64,000 nucleotides of DNA. Origin: an uncultured bacterium (GTDB lineage Bacteria > CSSED10-310 > CAZUFC01). Location of the stretch: NCBI GenBank assembly GCA_964619725.1, contig CAZUFC010000028.1, forward strand, positions 8,535-72,534, in the 5' to 3' direction. Under the pieces are notes generated by a model. It saw only the letters and a list, made by a program, of their open reading frames with translations, was not told where the DNA came from and searched no databases. The translations under genes and the position numbers were made by a program. Numbering within the stretch: the stretch's first letter is position 1; every line of letters starts with the position of its first letter. This document shows, one piece after another, positions 19,866-29,400 of this stretch.

Positions 19866-20537
19866 TTATTCGATCGGTTTCTCTGTTATGATCAACATGT
19901 TTTTTGCCAGAGGTTTAACTGGGGACATCAAATAAAGTCTGGTCAATAAAGCGGACTTGGGCAACCGGCTGTGAAAGGAAAACGGAATAAATTTGCCTTT
20001 TACGAGAATGTTTTTGAATCCCCTGGCCTTGAAATAGTCTTTAAGGGCAATATGCGTGAATATCTGTTTATGGGTATAATCATCGAAATATTCACGGTAA
20101 GCGTAACGAAAATTGGGCTGCATTACGATGAAACGGCCGCCGGGTTTCAAAATTCTCAAAACTCCGGATACAGTCGCTTCCATTTCTTCTCTTGTAAGAT
20201 GTTCCAACAGAAAACTTTCGAATACCGTATCGAATTTCTCCGCTGGAAAAATTTCACCTATCTCTGTGCAACTGTTTAAATGAACGAAAGTTTTTTTGTC
20301 TGCATATTGCTTGACTATGCTTCCAACGTCGAGAGCGTGTTTTTCTCCTGCCTTAATATTATTAATAAAAGTGCAATATCCCGCTCCCAATTCCAGGAGC
20401 GTTCCGTCTGAAGGGATGAATTTCTGCAAATAGGCCGCAATTTCTTTCCAGATGACGTTTCGGGCCGGATGCACCGATAACCGGGTTTGATAATAGCCTG
20501 AATCGACTTTTTTTTCTGTTTGTTCCATTTTATTCAT
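19866..20537 (-). CDS. Class I SAM-dependent methyltransferase
   Basis: LELGAG motif I, LEHL, LKPGG, DDYTH; start uncertain. Confidence 0.88.
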   Translation of the reverse strand: MNKMEQTEKKVDSGYYQTRLSVHPARNVIWKEIAAYLQKFIPSDGTLLELGAGYCTFINNIKAGEKHALDVGSIVKQYADKKTFVHLNSCTEIGEIFPAEKFDTVFESFLLEHLTREEMEATVSGVLRILKPGGRFIVMQPNFRYAYREYFDDYTHKQIFTHIALKDYFKARGFKNILVKGKFIPFSFHSRLPKSALLTRLYLMSPVKPLAKNMLIITEKPIE

Positions 20538-20542
20538 AGAAA

Positions 20543-21925
20543 TTAGCCCTTTAACCTTTTTTTCAGGTAATTCATGAAAAATCGAGCTTGTTTCAACAGG
20601 AATCTCCAATTCGCATCCCTTATCCGGGAAAACAGATAATTCGGCCTTAAATAGTAATAGAAAAAAGCCTTTTTAACAACTTTCTCCAGGGATTTGAGCG
20701 ACATTTGTCCGGTATAGGCCAGAGGAAAGAGATTATCGTCAATGTGTTCTTTGACCAAATAATAAAATTCCGTTCCGGGATAGGGCAAGGCGATATGAAA
20801 GGAGGCGTAAGTAGGATTCAGCGTTTTAGCGAGCCGTATAGTTTTTTTCATATCCTCGAGCGTTTCATCCGGCAAACCGAACATGAAAAAGCATACGGTC
20901 TGTATACCGGCTTTTTTAGTCATCCTGACGCCTTCTCTGATTTGTGAAATAGTAATATTTTTTTTCAGCTTGCCGGCAATAGTCTTCGAGCCCGTTTCGA
21001 CGCCAAAATGAATAATGCGGCATCCCGCGCGTTTCATGATTTTCAGCATATGCATATCGATTGAATCGGCACGAGTCTGGCAGCACCAGTCCAGTTTTTT
21101 ATCAGAATCAATGATGTGGTTGCAGATGCTGTAGACCATTTTTTTATTCAAAGTGAATTCGAGATCGATGAAGTATGCGGAACGGACATTTAATTCGTCC
21201 AGGGCGAAATCTATTTCATCAATGACCTGTTGAGTATTTTTTACTCTGTAACCCGGACCGTACATATTCTTGACGCAGAAGATGCATGAAAAAGGGCAAC
21301 CACGTGATGTTTCAAAAAGTATAAAGCGTTCTCCAAGCACTTCATAAAAATAATCTGAATAGTCCAGCAATTCAAAAGCGGGACGAGGCAAATCCTTGAG
21401 AGGACCTGGTTTTCTATCGGGATTTGAAATTATTTTTTCATCCCGCATAAAAGTAATGCCGTCAATCAATTGATAATCTTTTTGTTCAGCCAATTCGCCG
21501 ACTGTCCATTCTGGTTCGCCTCTTATGACGGCTTTCGCTTCGGTCAGCTCGAGAATTTCGTGGGGCCGCACAGTGCCGTGTGTGCCCATGACGAAGATGT
21601 TGGTGTTAAGTTTTCTGACGGCTTCAACGGATTTCAAAAAAGGCTTGATGTCGATGTTGGGACATTGCCACCGGTCCAGACTGGCCGAAGTAATAAAGAC
21701 CATATCATAGCCGGAACATATTTCCGCCAGTTCATCAGGCCCGATTTTCGCTGTAACGGCGTCCAGCGCTTTAACTTCATGACCGGAATTCCTCAGCAGA
21801 GCAGCGCAATTCAGCAGCGACAAGGGCGGCCAAATGCGATTATAAGTCGACTCAAATTTGTCTATCGGATAAGTCCAACTGGGTTTAACGAGGATTATTT
21901 TCAACCGTTCGCTCCTCTGCTTCAT
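20543..21925 (-). CDS. Cobalamin-binding radical SAM protein
   Basis: PPLSL, G.HGT, RGEPE; RGCPFSCIFC; PYPGT. Confidence 0.92.
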   Translation of the reverse strand: MKQRSERLKIILVKPSWTYPIDKFESTYNRIWPPLSLLNCAALLRNSGHEVKALDAVTAKIGPDELAEICSGYDMVFITSASLDRWQCPNIDIKPFLKSVEAVRKLNTNIFVMGTHGTVRPHEILELTEAKAVIRGEPEWTVGELAEQKDYQLIDGITFMRDEKIISNPDRKPGPLKDLPRPAFELLDYSDYFYEVLGERFILFETSRGCPFSCIFCVKNMYGPGYRVKNTQQVIDEIDFALDELNVRSAYFIDLEFTLNKKMVYSICNHIIDSDKKLDWCCQTRADSIDMHMLKIMKRAGCRIIHFGVETGSKTIAGKLKKNITISQIREGVRMTKKAGIQTVCFFMFGLPDETLEDMKKTIRLAKTLNPTYASFHIALPYPGTEFYYLVKEHIDDNLFPLAYTGQMSLKSLEKVVKKAFFYYYLRPNYLFSRIRDANWRFLLKQARFFMNYLKKRLKG

Positions 21926-23750
21926 TTTCTATATAACCTAACGATTCCAATCTTCGTCTTATTTGCCTTTCAAGCCGAATGTCATAAGACGGCATCTCTA
22001 TGCCGACGTTTTTATATTTCTTTTTCATCATGTTCGTCAAATGCTCGGTTATTTCGCCGGCATAGCCGCGCAGATTATTTTTTTCTTCAGGGTCTTCGAC
22101 AAGGTTGTAAAGCTCGACGTCATCCTCGTTTAAAATCAATTTCCACGGCATCTGAATGACTGCCCGACGCTTTTCCTCAATTTTGTTTTTATCCGGCTCA
22201 TGCGCCTCCAGGTAGACTCCTTCAGCGCTTTCAGCAGTCCTGGTCTCAACAAAAGATACCTCTGCGATGTTTCTAATCAACTTTTCCTCTTGTTCTTTGT
22301 AATTGAAGTTAAGAAACAGAATCTTAAGGATGTCCTTTATCTTTGTAATGCCGGTCGGAGCATCGACGATCCAGGGTCTGGAAAAAGAGTCGCCGGCGAA
22401 CAGAATTAACGGTACGGAAAGCGAGGGTTGATACAAATACTTGCTGTGCGAGCAATAGTATTGGTGTTCGGTCAAACTTTCGCCATGATCGGAAGTTATG
22501 ATCCAGATAGTGTTTTCGAATATTCCTAATTTCATAAGCGTGCAGCCGATGTTTCTGATCATACGATCGACCAGGGCAATTTCACCGTCATATTGCGCTT
22601 CGGCGTATTCAAAGTCCGCGCTCGCCGGGTCCAGAAGTCCGTTATTCATTTTCCATACATTCATGACAGAACATTCAAGAGCATCCGTCCGCTTTTTATC
22701 GGTAAAAAACAGTGAATAGGGTTCGGGCGGTTCATAGGGCAAATGAGGATCGTAATAATGGACCCAAAGGAAAAAGGGTTGCTTCGTTTTTTTGAGGAAA
22801 CGGGTTACGAATTCATCGACCATCCAGGCTTTTCTTTCTGCGGCTTCGATAATTCTGAATCCGGCCAATACTTTCATAAAGGACAGTTTGTAAAAAAGTT
22901 GATTTCCGCGGTCCGGCGCTAAAAACTGATTGTAAAGGTCAAATCCCTTGTTCAATCCGGAAACGCCGGCAAGCAGAGGATAAGCGCTGACAAAGGCTGC
23001 GGTGTGGAATCCCAAGTCCCGGTAATCGGCAGCCAGTGTCGCAATTTCATCTTTAATGGGTACCGCGTTGAATAAGCTCCCATGATCTGTCGGCTCCATA
23101 CCTGTCATTATGCCGGCGTGGCCGGGCGTGGTCGCCGGAATATCCGTGCAGCAATCCTGGAAGACGACGCCGTTTCTGCTTAATTTCGAAATGAACGGAG
23201 CCGTCGGTCGATTATGCCCGTAAAGATCAAGATGGTCTGATCTGAGAGTATCGATGCTGATTAAGAGGATATTGGGATAATCTTTATCTTGTTCGTATTT
23301 CTTCGGGCCCTCGTGTTCGACTTCGAATGGGACTTCCGGAGTGAAAAAAGAGACTGCATCGATTGAAAAAATCAATACTGCAGTCAAAGCGCCCATTATG
23401 AAGTATGAGACCTTATGTTTCTTGCGAAAAAGGATGAATGAGAGCAGCGCCGCGGGGATGCCTATCAGCAATGAATGTAAAAATGTTGAACCGATCAGAA
23501 ATAAGAATTTATCCGTCCAGGATTGATCTACATTGGTTTTCCTTATTATTTCAACAGCTTCGATTAATCCGCGAAGACCGCCGAGTGATGTTCCGATGAG
23601 TATGCTCTTCAATCTCAACTTACGATCCCGTCGCTGTAAGAGGTTGAGGAAACCCTGCAAAGCCTTAACAGCATTGAATTCAGTCGCAAATTTCTCACCG
23701 GATCGCCGGTGAGAAACACTAAGGGTATAATGTTTCAGCGTATTTTTCAA
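21885..23750 (-). CDS. Membrane-anchored sulfatase-like hydrolase/transferase
   Basis: NILLISIDTLRSDHL, TTPGH..MTG (Thr-type nucleophile site), DPHLPY, SDHGE; N-terminal TMs; start uncertain. Confidence 0.85.
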   Translation of the reverse strand: MKNTLKHYTLSVSHRRSGEKFATEFNAVKALQGFLNLLQRRDRKLRLKSILIGTSLGGLRGLIEAVEIIRKTNVDQSWTDKFLFLIGSTFLHSLLIGIPAALLSFILFRKKHKVSYFIMGALTAVLIFSIDAVSFFTPEVPFEVEHEGPKKYEQDKDYPNILLISIDTLRSDHLDLYGHNRPTAPFISKLSRNGVVFQDCCTDIPATTPGHAGIMTGMEPTDHGSLFNAVPIKDEIATLAADYRDLGFHTAAFVSAYPLLAGVSGLNKGFDLYNQFLAPDRGNQLFYKLSFMKVLAGFRIIEAAERKAWMVDEFVTRFLKKTKQPFFLWVHYYDPHLPYEPPEPYSLFFTDKKRTDALECSVMNVWKMNNGLLDPASADFEYAEAQYDGEIALVDRMIRNIGCTLMKLGIFENTIWIITSDHGESLTEHQYYCSHSKYLYQPSLSVPLILFAGDSFSRPWIVDAPTGITKIKDILKILFLNFNYKEQEEKLIRNIAEVSFVETRTAESAEGVYLEAHEPDKNKIEEKRRAVIQMPWKLILNEDDVELYNLVEDPEEKNNLRGYAGEITEHLTNMMKKKYKNVGIEMPSYDIRLERQIRRRLESLGYIENEAEERTVENNPR

Positions 23751-23916
23751 TATTCTTGAAGACGGATACTTGCAGGTATTTACTTCATAATGAAATGTCG
23801 GTCGTGGAACCGGCGGCTCTAAACGCTGATTTTACATGTAAAAAGATGCTTTTTATGCTCTTATCCGGCTCTTTCCTGAGAATATTTTTTTTTAATCGGA
23901 GTTTTACAAGCAGTCA

Positions 23917-24765
23917 CTATTTGTTTTCTTCTTCCAGAAAATTGGCGGCTTTTTTTATTTTATCGAGAGAGGACGCCATGATGACATCCAGATGGCTTTT
24001 TTTGATGCCGTATTTTTTACAAATTTCGGGATAGCCTTTATAAGAGAGTCCATCAATGGCTGAAGCATAACCTGCCAGCATAGCGAGCGTATTGGCGATC
24101 GATACGAAATGAGTCAAGGGATGGTCCGGCGATATGTCGGGAGAATGGTGGTATCTGACGGCATGGATCATTTCATCGGGAAAATTCCATTTTTCCAGTA
24201 TTCTGGCTCCCACCTCAGCATGGTTGATCTGAAACATTTCTTCCTCAGCAGAAAGAAAATCCATGCCTTTCTCCTCTAACAGCCTGTTTATCTCCTTCAC
24301 CGCATACCCCACATGGTCGCTCATAACTATTTTTCCTGCATCATGAAGCAGGACGGCAGTGAACAAATCGGATTCCATTTCGGGAGCATACTGTTTTAAA
24401 TTCGTGGAAAAAATGGCTGCAGCGATTGAGTGCTCCCATACCTGGCCTTGTTCAGTCTCATAACCTGACAATTTTTTATTGAATATGTTTTTACTCACCA
24501 GGATAAGAATCATTCGTTTAAGTTCCTCCAATCCTACATAAAGCAAGGCTTCACGGACTGAACTGATTTTCCGGGTAAGCGGCGTCATGGGTGAATTGCA
24601 TATCTTCAGAAGGTTGGCGGTGATGGTTATATCGGTCTCTATGTCCTTCAGAATATCGTCAGTAGTCACATCGGGATCGTCGATTTTTTTCAAAGCTCTA
24701 TGAAGCGTGGGATGCATTCCAGGAAAATAATCGATTCCCTCGACTATTTCTTGCAATACGGTCAT
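23917..24765 (-). CDS. HDOD-domain protein
   Basis: LLKICNS, WEHS, LLHDAGK, HAEVGA.ILEKWNFP..HH. Confidence 0.92.
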   Translation of the reverse strand: MTVLQEIVEGIDYFPGMHPTLHRALKKIDDPDVTTDDILKDIETDITITANLLKICNSPMTPLTRKISSVREALLYVGLEELKRMILILVSKNIFNKKLSGYETEQGQVWEHSIAAAIFSTNLKQYAPEMESDLFTAVLLHDAGKIVMSDHVGYAVKEINRLLEEKGMDFLSAEEEMFQINHAEVGARILEKWNFPDEMIHAVRYHHSPDISPDHPLTHFVSIANTLAMLAGYASAIDGLSYKGYPEICKKYGIKKSHLDVIMASSLDKIKKAANFLEEENK

Positions 24766-24975
24766 AAAACCATCCTTTCATTACTTACATGTTTTTTTCT
24801 TTAGATGTTCGTTCATTTTCAGAGCCGGCGTTTGTTCGATTTACAGGAAATTTCGACCTTGTATTATTACCGAGAGCCGGATGTGAGCGAGCTGAATAAA
24901 AAAGCTTTTTTTCGTTATAAATGACTTGACTGTGAGTTAAGCGAATGGGCTACGAATCCCATCAACCCCAATTAC

Positions 24976-25003
24976 ATTATAGGCTAATATATTGAAATGT
25001 CAA
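24976..25003 (-). promoter_or_regulatory. Consensus sigma70 promoter for the HDOD gene
   Basis: TTGACA-N16-TATAAT on the minus strand. Confidence 0.65.
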
Positions 25004-25107
25004 ATTTATGACATCATTTCGACGGTTTTGAATGAGTATTAAGTCAAGCTATATTACACGCCGAGTCTGAATGACAAGCGGCGACGGCGCTTTTTAGGAA
25101 GTTGTTA

Positions 25108-26274
25108 TTACCTGTAAGCCGGGATTCCTGTGATTGCCTCTCCGACGATCAAGCCGTGCATATGATCGGTGCCTTCATAAGTGTAGACGGATTCGATATT
25201 CTTCATGATTCTCATGACGGGATATTCCGAAGAGACCCCATTAGCGCCGAAGAGGTCCCGAGTCATTGCGGCGATGGAGCGCGCTGCGTCGCAGTTCATT
25301 TTTTTGGCTAAAGAGACGTGGAAATATTTAGATTTTCCAGCTTCTCTGAGTCTTCCGAGGTGAAGCGCCAGGGAGAGCCCTGCAGTGATTTTAGCAGCCA
25401 TATCAGCCAGTTTCCATTGCACGAGCTGAAAAGAAGCGATTGGTTTATTGAATTGCGTACGATTAAGAGTATATTCTTTTGCAGCATTCATAAGCGACAT
25501 GGAAGCTCCCAGGATACCCCAGGCGATGCTGTATCTGGCTTCATTAAGGCATTTAAGGGGAGATTTAAGTCCTTTGCTTTGCGGCATGATGTTGTCGAGT
25601 GGTATGAGGACATCCTGGAGGATTATTTCACCGACATGTCCGGCCTGCAGGCTTTCCCGGCGATCCATGGCCGGTGCGGACAAACCTTCAGCGCCTTTTT
25701 CTACGAGAAAACCGAATATTTCGCCGTCCAATTTAGCCCAGACGACAAAGAGGTCAGCTTTATCGGCGTTAGTTATCCATTGCTTAGCTCCATTAATGAC
25801 AAATCCCTGTTCTGTTCTTTTAGCGACCGTTTTCATGCTGCCCGGGTCAGAGCCGTGATCCGGTTCAGTCAATCCGAAGGCCCCTGCCAGTTCACCTTCG
25901 GCTAACTTTTTCAGATATTTTTGTTTTTGTTGTTCTGAGCCGAATTGAAGGATCGGATATCCGACGAGGGCATTTTGCACTGAGGCGGAACTTCTCAGGC
26001 TGGAATCCGCTGATTCGAGCGCCAGCATCATCAGTCCGTACTGCACTTCAGAGAGGCCGGTCCCGCCGTATTTTTCCGGTATATGGGCGCCGAAGACCCC
26101 TAATTCCGCCATCATATCCCATGCTTTATCGTAAGGTTTTCTTTCCCAGGCTGCGGCATCGACATGAGGAGTAATTTCATCTGCAAAGCGCATAAAGGTT
26201 TCCAGAATGGCAGATTCATCATCCGAAAGGAAGTGTCTCAGACCGTAGAAGTCGAAAAAATTTTTCATTTTCAT
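25108..26274 (-). CDS. Acyl-CoA dehydrogenase (glutaryl-CoA dehydrogenase-like)
   Basis: FGLTEPDHGSDP, KQWITN, R.QF..PIASFQLVQ, TYEGT. Confidence 0.92.
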   Translation of the reverse strand: MKMKNFFDFYGLRHFLSDDESAILETFMRFADEITPHVDAAAWERKPYDKAWDMMAELGVFGAHIPEKYGGTGLSEVQYGLMMLALESADSSLRSSASVQNALVGYPILQFGSEQQKQKYLKKLAEGELAGAFGLTEPDHGSDPGSMKTVAKRTEQGFVINGAKQWITNADKADLFVVWAKLDGEIFGFLVEKGAEGLSAPAMDRRESLQAGHVGEIILQDVLIPLDNIMPQSKGLKSPLKCLNEARYSIAWGILGASMSLMNAAKEYTLNRTQFNKPIASFQLVQWKLADMAAKITAGLSLALHLGRLREAGKSKYFHVSLAKKMNCDAARSIAAMTRDLFGANGVSSEYPVMRIMKNIESVYTYEGTDHMHGLIVGEAITGIPAYR

Positions 26275-26433
26275 TTCTCCAATAGGAAAATCAAATTTTT
26301 GTTTACAGGATGCGAAAGACGGCGACCGGCCGGAAACCGTTCGCCGTCAGCGTATCTTAGCGTAAAACCCGGAGTACAAAAAGTTTAATCGAACCGGCAA
26401 TTCTTAATAATATGTCGCTGCAACGACTTGATT

Positions 26434-29400
26434 TTATTCCTCCCCTATAGTGAAATCGCTCCAGGAAAGTCCTCCGGCCAGTTCACCAGAGTCGCTAAAG
26501 ACTGTAGCGGCATAGAAAGTTCCTGAAATAAGAGGAATTCCCGGCGGAACATCCAGGTCAAGCAGTGGGCCTGAATAGACGACATCCTTTGTGAGGGGGA
26601 CACTGGAGAAAAAGGACATCGGTTCTTCGGTGAAGGTGGGGAAAGCCGGATCGGCAGTAAGGAAGTAAAATTCATCGAAGACTTCCATGGCCACGAAGCA
26701 GTCGACAGGCTCTGCAGCGTCATCGCCGGCAATGTCCATATCGATGTATAGCCGCCCTCCGTCCGGAACTGTATCCGGAAAGGTCCTGATATTGACCCAG
26801 GAGCCTTCCGGATCAGGTCCCAACTGCAGAACCGCTGTATTGCCGTAAAGCAGCTCATAGTATCCTCCGACCATCCATACTGCAGGCCCCCTGGGCCCCG
26901 GCGCCGTAAGGAGATTGGAATGAAGCATTCGCGGGAGTTTAGTAGGCCAGTACGGGCTCCAGGAATCAGTCTGGAGATCATAAAGATATGCCGAAGGATC
27001 GTCGTTCATCATCATACCGCCTGCGACCAGGATTTTATTTTCAAAAAGCACATTGCTGCCTTCGGCTATTCCGACGCCGGCGGCAAAAAACAGGGCTTTC
27101 GGCAGGTCCTGAGCGGCGGAATCGTTCCACTGCGGAGTTGAATCTGAGAGGTCCAGGACGTCTACTCTGTCGTAAACGCGGATGGAATCCTGATCTATTT
27201 GCGAAATGCCTCCGATCAGAAAAATTTTTTCATCCAGGTAGGCCGTAGCGGCGAAAAAGCGAGGGGGAGAGATATCGGCATCCAATTGAGTCCAGCGTTC
27301 ACCCGGTTCGGCATTCGGATCGAAAACCCACGTTTTTCCTCTCTGATAAGGCGGCGTCAGCAGGGCTTCTCCGATTATGTAAAGCTTGTTTTGAGCGGTG
27401 ACCCAGGAGCCCGGAATTCCCTGGAATCCGACAGGCAGGGGATCGTCATCCCAGACCGAAATTTCACCTGTAAGAGGATCGTACGCCTCAACGTCGTTCA
27501 CTAATTGAGAATAGAAATTTATACCTCCGATGAAGAAAATTTTGGGTCCTGAAGGTGTGAACAGGCAGGCTGAAGCATGATAAAAACGATCATGCAGCAA
27601 GTCGACGCCGGCGTCTCCGCTCAATCCGGTCGAAGTTTCAATATAAACCACAGACTTGTCGGCTGAACCTCCGGCAAAATCTTCCGGGATGCCTCCCGCC
27701 CGATAGATTCTGTTGTCATACGGACAGAATACGGCATCCGCATACATGGAATTCAGGGGAAGTTCCGGACCTATCCACCATCCCGGCGACTGATTCCAGG
27801 GCAGTCCGACATAATCCTCATCAGGAGCCAGGCCAAAATAATTCATGATGTCTGCCATCAGATCGCATCTGTCTTTTTGAGAGGCTATGCCTTCAAAACC
27901 GAAAGCCAGATAAACGTGTTTGGCTCCGTTACGTTGAGCGTAGATAGCAGCGGTACCGGACTGGGGGCCGGAATAATCTTTATAGGTCAGACATGTTTGT
28001 GCGGGAGCTATAGGTTCTATGAGGCTGGGCCATTGCTGGTTTTTAGCGCCGCTGCCGCCGTCGATATTGAATTCCAGTCCGACCGAGACAGGATTCCCCG
28101 GAATGCCGCATACTGTTTTTTGAGGGACGGAATCTTTGATGTATTCTGCCAGCAGAGTATTTTCGTACCACTGCTGAGTCTCCGGCGTACCCTCATCGAC
28201 CATCGCCCAACCCAGGTCCTGTTCAGTAATCAAAAGGTTCCCGCCTTTGCTGAGATAATAGTCGATGGCGTCGCGTTCCTGTTCTTCCAGCATGGGAAAC
28301 GTATGGGAATAGAACCAGACGACAGCGCCGTCCGTGTATTCGTCGAGGACAGCTTCAGGAGGCATGCCTCCACGGTACCACGACCACACATCAAAGTTGT
28401 AACCGGCATCCAGAAGCGCCTGTGTAAAAAGACCCAGATAAGCGTCATTGTCAGCGCAGGGCACGATAAGAATGGAATCATTGGAAACGAAGGGAACGGT
28501 CGAAGCGCCGCCGGCTCCCGGGACCGTGCCTTTATTTCCCAAAGTATCAGCGACATACATATCGGCCTGATAATATGTCGGAACAGAACTTAATGTGATC
28601 TCTGCTCCGAATATATAGTCTCCTTCGTTTCCATCTCCATGTTCGCCGTCGTCGTACATCGAGAATGTTAAAGGGGTTTCTATCTCATAACTGCGTAATG
28701 TGCATTGAACGATTTCGACTCCTGAACTGTCTTTAACCGTTGCGGTGACGAAGACGGTTTGCCCTGGTTCCGGTTCTGCAGGATTCACTTTAAAATTTTC
28801 CACGACAGGCAGAGTGTAATCCAGAACAGGAATTTGAAGCTCGTATTGCCATTCCAGTCGTGATTCTTCGTCCGTCAGGGTGATAAAACATTCGATCATG
28901 TGTTGGTGAGGCGTCATGGGCGCCAATTCGGCAAAAAATAATCTCTGCGGAATAAACGTTTCTCCTGGATGAATATCAGCCACGGTTCCATTTCCGCGAA
29001 CGCCGTAATTTCTGACCCATTGGTCGTCTATTTCTATTTGAGCCGTGAATCCCGTTGCTGCGGCACAACCTATATTATGAAACGCCGGCGCAAATTTAAT
29101 CTCTTCGCCCGGAGAAGCTATGTTGTCATTATTGTCGTCTCCGGTTATCCAGATTTTTTCGGCGGTCAGATAAGGGTATTCTCCGATGAAAAGCGTTTCT
29201 GAAAAAGAAGTTTCCCCTTCGGTCCAACTGACCCGAAAATCTAATGGCAGCGAGCGGCCCGCCGGACAATCCTCGCTCAGATCAATACATAAAAGCGGTG
29301 ATATTGCTTTTCTTGTACCTCGACCCATGTCGTTCAGGACTGCTGACGCATTCAACAGAGTTATTTCGGGGTCAACCAGAGTCATTTCTATTTCAACGCC

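Noticed and set aside
26434-26800. Canonical T9SS CTD on the gingipain-like protein
   Set aside because: Lacks the IYD..G and G.Y...K..K motifs; aligns instead with the window-specific C-terminal domain.
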